A stretch of 64,000 nt of DNA from an uncultured candidatus Porisulfidus sp. (GTDB lineage: Bacteria; Pseudomonadota; Gammaproteobacteria; Poriferisulfidales; Poriferisulfidaceae): assembly GCA_965199755.1 (NCBI GenBank), contig CBDASZ010000001.1:544001-608000 (forward strand), given 5' to 3'. The notes under the pieces were generated by a model. That model was given only the letters and a program-made list of their open reading frames with translations. It did not search any database and was not told the DNA's origin. Position 1 is the stretch's first letter. Each line of letters starts with the position of its first letter. The position numbers were made by a program, and so were the translations under genes. Shown here piece after piece: positions 51,868 through 64,000 of this stretch.

Positions 51868-52899
51868 TCAGGAGCGCGCGGGGGGCGGTGTCGGACTCAG
51901 CAAGGCTGCGATGGGGCGTGTGCGAGGGCTGGATTCGAGCGCCAATTTGAGGATGATGGTCAGCGGAATGGACAGCAGCATGCCGACCGTGCCGAGCAGC
52001 CAGCCCCAGAAGATCAGCGACAGAAACACGACCAAAACCGACAAATCCAGTTGCCGGCCCATAATGCGCGGCTCCAGGACGTTGCCGACGCCCAGATTGA
52101 TGAAGAAATAGCCCAAAATGACGATGCCGGCAAACATCGGGCCGAGTTGCAGCCAAGTCAGCAAGACAGCTGGAATGGCGGCCAGAATCGAGCCGATATT
52201 GGGGATAAAATTCAGCAAAAAGGCCAGCACGCCCCACAGCACGGCATGCGGCACGCTCATCGCCAGCAGCAAGGCTGTGACCAGCAGTCCGGTGAGTATG
52301 CTGGTGAGGGTTTTGACGGCGAGATAGCGGTGCACGCTGACCGTGAACCGGGAGATGGGCGCTTCGGCATCGGATTGCGGGAAGATGCGCTGGACTTTCT
52401 GCGGCAGGTCTGCCGCCTCCAGCAGCAGAAAGATCACGGTCAGCAAAATCAGCAGGGTGTTGGTCAGCAGTGTGCCGAAGCCGCTGAGGATTTCGGCCAC
52501 CAGATTCAGGAAGAAGCCCGGATTGATCCATTCCGAATAGTGCGCGTCGATGGGCAGTTGCTGTCCGAGCCAGCCTTCCAGTACAGTCACATGCTGCTGC
52601 AGTTGCTGGTAGTAGCCGGGCAGGGCCTGATGAAAATGCGTGACCGAGGCACCGAGCAGCGCGGCCAGACTCGCGCCGATGGTCAGCAAGGCCAGCATAA
52701 CGATGGTGAGTGCGGCCCAGGTAGGCACTCGGCGGCGGCGCAGCGCGTGCATGGCCGGATCGCAGGCGATGGCGATGAAGCACGCCAGCAGAAACGGCAC
52801 CACGATCTCGCGCGCCTGCTGCAACGCGGCGGTGATGACGATCAGGCAGACCCCGGCGAGCAACGCGCGCAGGTAGCCGGGCAGCGCCTCACTAGACAT
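51868..52899 (-). CDS. AI-2E family transporter
   Basis: '[13 protein letters not shown]', '[10 protein letters not shown]', '[17 protein letters not shown]'. Confidence 0.9.
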   Translation of the reverse strand: MSSEALPGYLRALLAGVCLIVITAALQQAREIVVPFLLACFIAIACDPAMHALRRRRVPTWAALTIVMLALLTIGASLAALLGASVTHFHQALPGYYQQLQQHVTVLEGWLGQQLPIDAHYSEWINPGFFLNLVAEILSGFGTLLTNTLLILLTVIFLLLEAADLPQKVQRIFPQSDAEAPISRFTVSVHRYLAVKTLTSILTGLLVTALLLAMSVPHAVLWGVLAFLLNFIPNIGSILAAIPAVLLTWLQLGPMFAGIVILGYFFINLGVGNVLEPRIMGRQLDLSVLVVFLSLIFWGWLLGTVGMLLSIPLTIILKLALESSPRTRPIAALLSPTPPPARS

Positions 52900-54106
52900 C
52901 GTCCAACTGTTTGGGCGGGTAGGGCCGAAGGGCGCGGTGCAGGATCATGTAGCCGATCACGGCGGACACCACCGAGCCGAGCAGAATCCCGATCTTGTCT
53001 TCGGTGATCAGGTGAGCGTAGTCGCCATGCGCGAGACTGGCGACGAACAGGCTCATGGTGAAGCCGATGCCGCACAGGAAGGACATTCCGACGAAGGCCA
53101 ACCAGCCGGTGCCATGCGGCAGGCTGCCGAGTTTCAAGGCGGCACCGAGAGCGGTGAACAGGCAGATGCCGATCGGCTTGCCGAGCAGCAAACCGAGCAG
53201 AATTCCGAGCGTCAGTTCGTCAGTCAGCACGCTCCACGTGGCATCCATCACGTAGACGCCGGCATTGCAGAACGCGAATATCGGCAGAATCAAAAACGCC
53301 ACCCAGCCGTGCAGCTTGTGCTCCAGTCGCGTCAGTGGCGAGTACTGCATGTCGTGCGGCACGTGTGTCGGGATGGTGGCGGCCAGCAAGACGCCGGCGA
53401 TGGTGGCATGCACGCCGGACTTCAGGGTGAAATACCACAGTACCAGTCCGACCAGCATATACAGGGGGGTATGTCGCACCCGCAGCAAATTGAAGATGAT
53501 CAGCGCCACCATGCACAGCCCGGCGTTGACGATCATATCCAGCGCTAGTTGGTCGGTGTAGTACAGGGCGATAATCAGCACCGCCGCCAGATCATCGAGA
53601 ATGGCCAGCGCCAGCAGGAAAATCTTCAGCCCGACCGGCACCCGGCGGCCCAGTAGCATCAGCACGCCGAGCGAGAAGGCGATGTCGGTGGCGGTGGGAA
53701 TGGCCCAGCCGCGCATGGCGATCTCGTCGCTCATGTTGAAGGCAGCGAAGATCAGCGCCGGTGCCAGAATGCCGCCGACCGCGCCAAATGCTGGCAAGGC
53801 GACATGGCGCGGTTTGGAAAGATGTCCCTCGATTAGTTCGCGCTTGAGTTCCAGCCCGATGATGAAGAAGAAGATTGCCATCAGGCCGTCGTTGACCCAC
53901 AACAGCAGCGGCTTGTCGATGTGGGCGATGTTCAGATCGAGGTTCAGCTGCCAGTTCAGGAACTCCTGATAGGTCTGGTGATAGCCGCCGTTGACCACCA
54001 CCAGGGCGGTGATCGCGAACAGCCCCAGCACGATGCTGCTGCTCGCTTCCGTTTCGACAAACTTGCGCAGAAACTGGTGAATGCGGAGGTAAAGATGGCG
54101 GATCAT
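52892..54106 (-). CDS. nhaA: Na+/H+ antiporter NhaA
   Basis: 'WVNDGLMAIFF..GLELKRE', 'GWAIPTATDIAF', 'LAILDDL', 'GIGFTMSLF'. Confidence 0.96.
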   Translation of the reverse strand: MIRHLYLRIHQFLRKFVETEASSSIVLGLFAITALVVVNGGYHQTYQEFLNWQLNLDLNIAHIDKPLLLWVNDGLMAIFFFIIGLELKRELIEGHLSKPRHVALPAFGAVGGILAPALIFAAFNMSDEIAMRGWAIPTATDIAFSLGVLMLLGRRVPVGLKIFLLALAILDDLAAVLIIALYYTDQLALDMIVNAGLCMVALIIFNLLRVRHTPLYMLVGLVLWYFTLKSGVHATIAGVLLAATIPTHVPHDMQYSPLTRLEHKLHGWVAFLILPIFAFCNAGVYVMDATWSVLTDELTLGILLGLLLGKPIGICLFTALGAALKLGSLPHGTGWLAFVGMSFLCGIGFTMSLFVASLAHGDYAHLITEDKIGILLGSVVSAVIGYMILHRALRPYPPKQLDDV

Positions 54107-54285
54107 GGGAGCGGGAGCGCGAGAAGGCTTGGGCTGCGGATTTTATTGTACGGGACGGGTGGCGCAAAATCGCAAACGAATCCCGTGGGAGTGCTCAACC
54201 CGTAGCAGTGATATAGCATAATGGCGCACAAGCGTAGCGATTGCCGCACTACCGCGCCTGTAAATAACCCACCCAAGGTTTCGAG

Positions 54286-54579
54286 ATGGATTTGGATGCC
54301 GCCACAGTGCGCCGGATTGCGAAATTGGCCCGGTTGCGCCCGGATCAAGCGCAGCAGCAGTCTCTGTTGCGGGAAATGGCGCAAATTCTTGAGTTTTTTG
54401 ACCAGCTGGCGCAAGCCGACACGGACGCTGTGCCGCCGTTGGCGCATCCTCTGGACGTGGACCAGCGCCTGCGCGATGACACGGTCACCGAACCGGATCG
54501 CCGTGATGACTACCAGAAGCTCGCGCCGGATGCTGAGGCCGGGCTGTACCGGGTGCCGCCGGTGCTGGATTCGGACTGA
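54286..54579 (+). CDS. gatC: Asp/Glu-tRNA amidotransferase subunit C
   Basis: 'IAKLARL', 'P..HP', 'LRDD', 'YRVPPV'; precedes gatA. Confidence 0.92.
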   Translation: MDLDAATVRRIAKLARLRPDQAQQQSLLREMAQILEFFDQLAQADTDAVPPLAHPLDVDQRLRDDTVTEPDRRDDYQKLAPDAEAGLYRVPPVLDSD

Positions 54580-56029
54580 TGCACACGCACACGCTCGTTG
54601 AGCAGCGCCAGGCCTTGCAGGCCGGTGAGATCTCAAGCCACGAACTGACGCAGTTGTACCTGCAGCGAATCGGGCAGCACCAGTCGACCCTCAACAGTTT
54701 TATCAGCGTCACCGGGGAGCAGGCCCTTGAGCAGGCGCAGGCGGTGGATGCCGCGCGCGCAGATGGCGCGGTGATGCCATTAGCCGGCATTCCGATCGCG
54801 CACAAGGATATTTTCTGCACCGAGGGGGTGCGCACCAGTTGCGGGTCGCGCATGCTCGATGATTTCATCGCGCCATATGACGCGACGGTGGTGGAGCATC
54901 TCGGCGCGGCGGGCGCGGTCAGTCTCGGCAAGACCAATATGGATGAGTTTGCGATGGGTTCATCGAATGAGACCAGCCATTACGGCCCGGTGCGCAATCC
55001 CTGGGACTGCGCGCGTGTCCCCGGAGGCTCCAGCGGCGGTTCGGCCGCCGCGGTGGCGGCGCGTCTGATTCCGGCGGCCACGGCGACCGACACCGGCGGC
55101 TCCATTCGCCAGCCGGCCGCGTTTTGCGGCGTTACTGGCCTGAAACCAACTTATGGGCGGGTTTCACGATTCGGCATGGTCGCTTATGCGTCGAGTCTTG
55201 ATCAGGGCGGCGTGATTGGCATCAGCGCGGAAGATTGCGCGCTGTTGCTTGGGGTGATGGCGGGTTTTGACGCGCAGGACTCCACCTGTGTGGAACACCC
55301 AGTGCCGGATTATTCCGCCGAACTGGAGACTTCACTCGATGGCTTGCGTATTGCGTTGCCGCGCGAGTTTTTTGAGGCGAGTCTGGACCCGCGCATCCGC
55401 GCCTCCATGGATGAGGCGCTGGCGCTTTGGGAATCGCAGGGAGCGAAACTGATTGAGGTGTCGCTGCCGCATCTGTCGCTGGCGACGCCCGCTTATTACG
55501 TGATCGCCTCGGCTGAATGCTCTTCCAATCTGGCGCGCTATGACGGAGTGCGCTACGGTCACCGATGCGAGGATCCCGAAGATCTGGACGATCTGTTTTG
55601 TCGGTCGCGTGAAGAGGGTTTTGGTGCCGAGGTGCGCCGCCGCATCATGCTGGGCACCTACGCCTTATCAGCCGGCTACTATCAGGCTTATTACGGCAAG
55701 GCGCAGCGGGTGCGGCAATTGATTCGACAGGATTTTCAGCAGATTTTTGATCAGGCGGATGTGATCGCCGCGCCTGTATCACCCGTTTTGCCGTTCGCTC
55801 TGGGTGAGAAACTCGAAGATCCCCTGGCGATGTACCAAATGGACTGCTATACCATTCCGGTCAATTTGGCCGGCCTGCCGGGGCTGTCGTTGCCGACGCG
55901 CCCGATTGAGGGTCTGCCAAGCGCGGTGCAGTTGATCGGCAATTATTTTGATGAAGCGCGTCTGCTGGGGCTGGGCCATGTCTGGCAGCGCGAAACCGCT
56001 TGGCACCGCCTGATTCCGCCGGAGTTCGC

Positions 56030-56033
<4 letters not shown>
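54579..56033 (+). CDS. gatA: Asp/Glu-tRNA amidotransferase subunit A
   Basis: '[13 protein letters not shown]', '[12 protein letters not shown]', '[10 protein letters not shown]', 'SSNLARYDG'. Confidence 0.98.
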
Positions 56034-58524
<2,491 letters not shown>

Positions 58525-58528
58525 ATCG

Positions 58529-59350
58529 TTGAGGCGCTACGCCGTCATCGGATATCCCGTCACCCACAGTCTGTCGCCGGTGATTCATGCTGCTTTCGCG
58601 GCGCACACAGGGGTTGAATTGCAGTATGCGCAACTTGAGGTTGCGCCAGAAGAGTTCGACGAATTTGCGCGACAGTTTTTCACCGCCGGCGGGCATGGAC
58701 TCAACGTAACGGTACCGCACAAGCAAGCCGCGCTGCGTCTGGCCGATGAAGTGATGCCGCGTGCGCAACAAGCGGGTGCTGTGAACTGGTTGACGAACAC
58801 CGGGGAGGCGCTGCTTGGGGATAACACCGACGGTAGTGGACTGGTGCGTGATATGACGGAAAATCTGGGTGTGGAACTCACTGGCAAACGTCTGTTGCTG
58901 CTCGGCGCGGGTGGTGCCGCGCGAGGCATTCTGGGCCCGCTTCTGGACTGTGAGCCAGCCGCTTTACAGGTAGCGAATCGCACGGTCGCACGCGCTCATG
59001 AACTGGTGGCGTCTTGTGCAGATCAGGCCGTAGTCAGTGCCTGTGGGCTGGATGATCTGGGTGAGATGGCGTTCGATGTGATTGTCAACGCCACGGCCAG
59101 CAGTGGGCCGGAAGCTGAACTGGTGCTGCCTGAGACGCTTTTGGGGGAGCACAGCGTGTGTTATGACCTGATGTATGGTGTGGAGACGGCGTTTCTGAAA
59201 TGGGCGCGGGCCTCAAAGTGCGCACGTGTATTCGATGGTTTCGGGATGCTGCTTGAGCAGGCGGGTGAGAGTTTCGCTTTGTGGCACGGCATCACCCCTG
59301 ATGTGGCGGCAGTGCGTGCGGAATTGCGCCCTGAGAGTCAAGCGCCGTAG
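58529..59350 (+). CDS. aroE: Shikimate dehydrogenase
   Basis: 'HSLSP.IH', 'NVTVPHK', 'GDNTDG', 'GAGGAARG', 'GMLLEQA'; start 58529 or 58514. Confidence 0.95.
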   Translation: MRRYAVIGYPVTHSLSPVIHAAFAAHTGVELQYAQLEVAPEEFDEFARQFFTAGGHGLNVTVPHKQAALRLADEVMPRAQQAGAVNWLTNTGEALLGDNTDGSGLVRDMTENLGVELTGKRLLLLGAGGAARGILGPLLDCEPAALQVANRTVARAHELVASCADQAVVSACGLDDLGEMAFDVIVNATASSGPEAELVLPETLLGEHSVCYDLMYGVETAFLKWARASKCARVFDGFGMLLEQAGESFALWHGITPDVAAVRAELRPESQAP

Positions 59351-59991
59351 CGTTCGAGATACGCTTCGACCTGATCATGGTATTGCTGATATTCGGGCGC
59401 GTCATGCAGGATCTGCTGGAAATCCTGCGCCCGCACGATCGAAAACACTGGCACGTTGCATTGCTCGGCCAGTTCTTCAGCGGCCGACTGTGCGCCGTTC
59501 TGACCGCATTCGCCACGATCCAGCAGCACCAGCAGCCCGGCCACCTCGGCCCCGTGTGCGCGAATCAGATCCACCGAGGTGCGCACCGTGATGCCGGAGG
59601 AAATCACGTCATCAATCAGCAGCACGCGACCCGACAGAGGAGCGCCGAAAGTCTGACCGCTGTCTCCGTGTGTCTTGGCTTCCTTGCGATCAAAGGCGAC
59701 CGGAATGGTGCGATCGTACAGTCGATGCAGCGCACCTGCCGCCGAACTGGCAAGCGGGATGCCTTTGTAGGCCGGACCGAACAGCATGTCAAAAGAAATG
59801 TCGTGTGCAATGGCCGCATGCGCGTAGCACGCGCCGACGCATTCCAGCGCCGCGCCGTCATTGAGCGCTCCGGCGTTGAAGAAATACGGACTACGCCGTC
59901 CCGACTTGAGCGTGAACTCACCGAACTGAAGGCACTGGTATTGCAAGGCCAACTGCAGAAAATCGCGTGGATAGTCCGGCGGGGGATTCAT
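59338..59991 (-). CDS. pyrE: Orotate phosphoribosyltransferase
   Basis: 'FTLKSGR.SPYFFNAG', 'FGPAYKGIPL', 'RKEAK.HG', 'IDDVISSG'. Confidence 0.97.
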   Translation of the reverse strand: MNPPPDYPRDFLQLALQYQCLQFGEFTLKSGRRSPYFFNAGALNDGAALECVGACYAHAAIAHDISFDMLFGPAYKGIPLASSAAGALHRLYDRTIPVAFDRKEAKTHGDSGQTFGAPLSGRVLLIDDVISSGITVRTSVDLIRAHGAEVAGLLVLLDRGECGQNGAQSAAEELAEQCNVPVFSIVRAQDFQQILHDAPEYQQYHDQVEAYLERYGA

Positions 59992-60062
59992 CTGGCGGCG
60001 AGGTCTGGCAGTGTTCAATATGCGCGGCTATCTTACTGCTTTGGGGCGCATGCCCGGCATTC

Positions 60063-60833
60063 ATGCGTATCATCACACTGAATGTGAACGGCATTCGCAG
60101 CGCGCAGCGCAAGGGTCTGTTTCGCTGGCTGGCGCGCCAGCGCGCCGACGTGGTGTGTCTGCAGGAAGTGCGCGCGCGTGAAGAGCAGGTCGTGGGCGCG
60201 AAATATCATCCGAAGTCTTTTCACTGTCATTACTTGCCGGCGCAACGGCCGGGTTACAGCGGTGTGGCGCTGTTCTGCAAGGAACGCCCCAGCCGCGTGA
60301 TCGAAGGATTCGGTTCCGAGGAGTTCGACACCGAGGGACGTTATCTGGAAGCCCGGTTCGGGCGTGTGTCGGTGGTTTCATTGTACGCGCCTTCCGGTTC
60401 GTCAAGTGAAGCGCGACAGGAGGCCAAATACCGCTTTCTCGATGAGTTCATGGAGCAGTTGCAGCAGTTGCGCCGGCGTCGCGCGATCATTTGCGGTGAC
60501 TGGAATATCGCGCACCGGCAGATTGATCTCAAGAACTGGCGCTCCAATCAGAAGAACTCCGGGTTTCTGCCGGAGGAACGCGCGTGGATGGATGAGGTGT
60601 TCGGTGCTGGCGGGTTTGTGGATGCTTTTCGCGAAGTGGATTCACGTGCCGAGCAGTACACTTGGTGGTCGAATCGCGGGCGGGCCTGGGACAACAACGT
60701 GGGCTGGCGCATTGACTATCAGGTGGTGTCGCGCAATCTTGCCGGTTGCGCCCGCCATGCGCGCATCTACAAGGCGCAGCGATTCTCCGATCACGCGCCG
60801 TTGATCATGGACTACGAACTTCCTGCGTCATGA
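60063..60833 (+). CDS. xth: Exodeoxyribonuclease III family protein (Xth/Crc-like)
   Basis: 'NVNGIR', 'CLQE', 'GDWNIAH', 'WRIDY', 'SDHAP'; catalytic residues look intact. Confidence 0.9.
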   Translation: MRIITLNVNGIRSAQRKGLFRWLARQRADVVCLQEVRAREEQVVGAKYHPKSFHCHYLPAQRPGYSGVALFCKERPSRVIEGFGSEEFDTEGRYLEARFGRVSVVSLYAPSGSSSEARQEAKYRFLDEFMEQLQQLRRRRAIICGDWNIAHRQIDLKNWRSNQKNSGFLPEERAWMDEVFGAGGFVDAFREVDSRAEQYTWWSNRGRAWDNNVGWRIDYQVVSRNLAGCARHARIYKAQRFSDHAPLIMDYELPAS

Positions 60834-62173
60834 GTTCCCTGCACATCAAGACTTTGAGCTGGCGCGACGCGCTGTTGCTGTACCGCGACATACGGATGCT
60901 GCAGATTCTGTTGAACGGCGCGATCAGCGGCCTGCCGCATGTTGCTATTTTGTCCATGATGACCCTGTGGCTGCAGGAGAGCGGGTTCAGCCGCTCCGAT
61001 ATTGGCCTGTTTGGTCTGGTCATGGTGGTCTACGCGGCCAATGTGGCGTGGGCACCGGTCGTCGACGGGGTGCGCATCCCGTGGCTGACCCGGTGTTTGG
61101 GGCCGCGGCGATCGTGGATCGTTGCGATGCAGATAGTGATTGCGGTGTGCCTGTTGTTGCTGTCCGGTCTGGATCCGGCGACCCAGATCGAGTGGATCGC
61201 CTTGTGGGCGGTGGTGCTGGCGACCGCTAGCGCGACTCAAGATGTGGCAATTGATGCCTTACGTATTGAGCTATTTCAGGAGCAGGAAGCGCGCAAGGTC
61301 AGTGGTGGTTCGGCGATGGCGGCCTCAGGCTGGTGGATCGGATACGGCTTCGGTGGCAGCTTGGCGCTGTTTCTTGTGGATGCGATGCAGGGAGCGGGTG
61401 TGGAGAATGCCTGGCAAAACGGCTATTTGCTGCTGATCGTGGTGGTGGCAATGCTGGTCGCGCTGTTCTTGTGGCTGGTGCCGGAACCGAAAAAGCCCGT
61501 CCAGCCGCCGGCATCGCTGAACCTTGTGAGTCGGGCAGCGCAGATTTACACACAGCCGATTTTGAGTTTCGTCATGCGTTATGGCTTGCGCCTGGCCGCG
61601 TTTTTGCTGCTGGCGATTTTCCTGTTCAAGATTGGTGAGGCCTTTCTGGGCCGAATGTCCCTGCTGTTCTACACCGAAGTGGGTTTCTCAAAGTCAGACA
61701 TTGCCTTGTATTCAAAAGGCTATGGAACCGTGGCTTTTGTCGCCTTCGCGGTGTTTGGCAGCCTGATTACGGCACGTTATGGTTTACTGCGCGGGCTTAT
61801 CATCGGCGGTGTGGCGATGGCGCTGACCAATTTGCTGTTCGCGGCGCTGACGTTTTATCCGGCGCCGTGGCTGTTCGCGACCGCGGTGGTGGCGGATCAG
61901 TTCACCACGGCGGTTTCCACCGTGGCCTTTGTAGCGTTTCTGTCGCAGTTGTGCGATCGCAACTGGACCGCCACGCAATATGCGGCGCTGGCCTCACTCG
62001 GCAACCTTTCGCGCACCACGATGGCGGCCGGCAGTGGCATTGTGGTGGATGGGCTGGGCGGGAACTGGCCGCTATTTTTTGTCATCACCACGCTGATGGT
62101 GTTGCCGAGCCTGCTGCTGATTATGGCCAATCGCGAGGCGCTGAAACCGTTTCTTGAGGGGAGCCGAGTATAA
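60830..62173 (+). CDS. ampG: AmpG-family muropeptide MFS permease
   Basis: 'SGLP', 'WAPVVD', 'RRSW', 'SATQDVAIDA.RIE', 'ATQYA.L.SL'. Confidence 0.88.
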   Translation: MSSLHIKTLSWRDALLLYRDIRMLQILLNGAISGLPHVAILSMMTLWLQESGFSRSDIGLFGLVMVVYAANVAWAPVVDGVRIPWLTRCLGPRRSWIVAMQIVIAVCLLLLSGLDPATQIEWIALWAVVLATASATQDVAIDALRIELFQEQEARKVSGGSAMAASGWWIGYGFGGSLALFLVDAMQGAGVENAWQNGYLLLIVVVAMLVALFLWLVPEPKKPVQPPASLNLVSRAAQIYTQPILSFVMRYGLRLAAFLLLAIFLFKIGEAFLGRMSLLFYTEVGFSKSDIALYSKGYGTVAFVAFAVFGSLITARYGLLRGLIIGGVAMALTNLLFAALTFYPAPWLFATAVVADQFTTAVSTVAFVAFLSQLCDRNWTATQYAALASLGNLSRTTMAAGSGIVVDGLGGNWPLFFVITTLMVLPSLLLIMANREALKPFLEGSRV

Positions 62174-62221
62174 TCCCAAACCCTCCGTAGAGCGCCGTCG
62201 CTGACGGCGAACACAATAATC

Positions 62222-62956
62222 ATGGACCCTGAAGACGTCATACATCACCCTTCGGCAGGGTTTGAGAGCCACCTGAAAAATATTCGGGACCATGTCATGG
62301 AAATGGGTGGTCTGGCGGAGCAGCACGTCGAATTGGCCGTGCGTGCGATCCTCGACGGCGACCTGAAAGTCGCCAAGAAAATTTCTCGCGCCGACTTCAA
62401 AATCAACGCCATGGAAGTCAAACTGGATGAGGAATGCGGAGAGTTTCTGGCTTTGCGCCACCCGGTGGCTATGGATCTGCGCACCGTGATTACCGTGATC
62501 AAAACGACCACCGATCTGGAGCGGGTTGGCGATGAGGCAGAGAAAATCGCCCGCATCGCGATGAGTCTGGATCACTCGCGGGTGCGCAAACGGCATTTGC
62601 GCGCCATCAAGCACATCAGTTCACACGTGCGCAAAATGCTGCATGACGCGCTGGATTCCTACGTGCGGCTGGATACCGAACTGGCTTTGCAGGTATTGAA
62701 ACAGGACCCGGAAGTGGATCAGGAATATGAAGCCGCCATTCGCCAGATGATCACCTTTATGATGGAAGACCCGCGCGACATTCAACTGGTTCTCGACACT
62801 CACTGGTGCGCCAAGGCGCTGGAGCGCATCGGCGATCATGCCGCCAACATCTGTGAGCACGTGCTTTATCAGGTCCTCGGCAAGGACCTGCGGCACATTT
62901 CCATCGAGCAAGTCGAAAAAGAGATGCAACTGGCTACGGCTCCAAGCGGCGATTGA
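62222..62956 (+). CDS. phoU: Phosphate signalling protein PhoU
   Basis: 'P.A.DLR', 'DLERVGDEAEKIA', 'LERIGDHA.NICE'. Confidence 0.95.
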   Translation: MDPEDVIHHPSAGFESHLKNIRDHVMEMGGLAEQHVELAVRAILDGDLKVAKKISRADFKINAMEVKLDEECGEFLALRHPVAMDLRTVITVIKTTTDLERVGDEAEKIARIAMSLDHSRVRKRHLRAIKHISSHVRKMLHDALDSYVRLDTELALQVLKQDPEVDQEYEAAIRQMITFMMEDPRDIQLVLDTHWCAKALERIGDHAANICEHVLYQVLGKDLRHISIEQVEKEMQLATAPSGD

Positions 62957-62969
62957 TGGCCGCCTGACT

Positions 62970-63875
62970 TCAGCGCAACAAAAACTCCAGCAAGGCTTTC
63001 TGCGCGTGCAGGCGGTTTTCCGCCTCCTGCCAGACCACACTTTGCGTTCCGTCAATTACTTCCGCGGTGACTTCCTCGCCGCGATGCGCGGGCAAGCAGT
63101 GCATAAATAACGCATCAGAATTCGCGCGTGACATCAGTTCGGCATTGACCTGGTACGGCTGAAAGGTTTGCAGACGATCATGTTGCTCATCTTCCTGCCC
63201 CATGCTGGCCCACACGTCGGTGACCACCCAGTCGGCCCCTTCCACGGCCCAAAGCGGATCCTCACTCCAGCGCACACGCTCCGGCTCAAGTCCGAGCCAA
63301 TCGTCTCCGGGCGCATACGCGGGCGGGGTAGCGATACGCAACTCAAAACCGCACTGGCGCGTGGCGTTGATGTAGGAACGGCACATGTTGTTGCCGTCGC
63401 CGACGAAGGCTACGCGCACACCGTCGAACTCGCGGCGTTGTTCTCGCCAGGTCAGCAGATCGGCCAGTAACTGGCACGGGTGCAGGCGGTCAGTCAGACC
63501 ATTGATAACCGGTACGCTGGAAAATTCGGCGTAACGCTCCAGAGTTTCATGCGCGTAGGTGCGCACCATGATCGCGTCGACCATGGAGGAGAGTACACGC
63601 GCGGCGTCCTCGACTGGTTCACCACGGGACTGCTGCGTGTTTTCAGGCGTCAGAAACAGCGCACTGCCGCCGAGTTGCGTCATGCCAGTCTCAAAAGACA
63701 CCCGCGTGCGGGTGGAGTTCTTGTCAAACAGCATCGCCAGCGTCTTGCCGGCCAATACCGGCTGCGCGTCGCCGGCCTGATGCCGGGATTTGAGTTCCTC
63801 AGCGCGCGCAAGCAATGCGCCAAGCTCATCCGCGCTCAGATCCGTCAGGCTCAGAAAGTGGCGGGTAGGGTTCAT
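62970..63875 (-). CDS. argF: Ornithine carbamoyltransferase
   Basis: 'STRTRVSFE', 'HPCQ', 'TDVWASMGQE', 'FMHCLPAHRG', 'AENRLH'. Confidence 0.97.
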   Translation of the reverse strand: MNPTRHFLSLTDLSADELGALLARAEELKSRHQAGDAQPVLAGKTLAMLFDKNSTRTRVSFETGMTQLGGSALFLTPENTQQSRGEPVEDAARVLSSMVDAIMVRTYAHETLERYAEFSSVPVINGLTDRLHPCQLLADLLTWREQRREFDGVRVAFVGDGNNMCRSYINATRQCGFELRIATPPAYAPGDDWLGLEPERVRWSEDPLWAVEGADWVVTDVWASMGQEDEQHDRLQTFQPYQVNAELMSRANSDALFMHCLPAHRGEEVTAEVIDGTQSVVWQEAENRLHAQKALLEFLLR

Positions 63876-64000
63876 GCGGCGATCTCCTGAATTAATGGGA
63901 CCAGTCGTTGTACCAGTGTATCCGCTTGCGCCTCAGACAGGATCAGCGGCGGCAGCAGTCGCACCACGTGCCCGCGCGCCACATTGATCAGCAGGCGCTG
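63872..64000 (-). CDS. argD: 3' end of acetylornithine aminotransferase (partial)
   Basis: Translates 'QRLLINVARGHVVRLLPPLILSEAQAD...IAA*'; ATGA overlap with argF. Confidence 0.8.
   Translation of the reverse strand, partial: QRLLINVARGHVVRLLPPLILSEAQADTLVQRLVPLIQEIAA

Noticed and set aside
62222-62956. phoU without pstSCAB
   Set aside because: Stand-alone phoU genes are common; nothing else unusual is visible

Overview
A roughly 60% GC chromosomal segment from a gammaproteobacterium, judged by the 16S/23S sequence and a Pseudomonas/Chromatiales-like gene order. It is mostly housekeeping: djlA, fpr, ilvA, zapA-6S RNA, tpx, metK-ahcY-gshB-algH-ruvX-pyrRBC'K-yggS-proC-yggT, metA, tatD-trhO-fabA, dinB, carAB-greA, a complete rrn operon (16S-Ile-Ala-23S-5S), birA-coaX, nth-rnfB-metG, nhaA, gatCAB, hemB-aroE, pyrE/xth-ampG, phoU and argF-argD. 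The accessory or unusual parts are: (i) a secreted EGxCG-repeat RiPP cluster (precursor-DoxX-MNIO/DUF692-DUF2063) whose precursor has a 37-aa Gly/acidic tail and an upstream sigmaE-type promoter match; (ii) an orphan ICE-type DUF2857-like gene with an internal tandem duplication, behind a long, apparently structured leader; (iii) a CarH/LitR-like MerR regulator lacking the B12 ligands, divergent from an AlkB/XylM-like di-iron enzyme with a QxxHH third His box; (iv) decayed defence/TA remnants (AAA ATPase+DUF4276, vapB), an intact GmrSD-like gene and a possible miniature IS200/IS605 relic; (v) several apparently leaderless genes. No CRISPR array, prophage or intact transposase was seen. All family assignments come from motif recognition by eye, not database searches.
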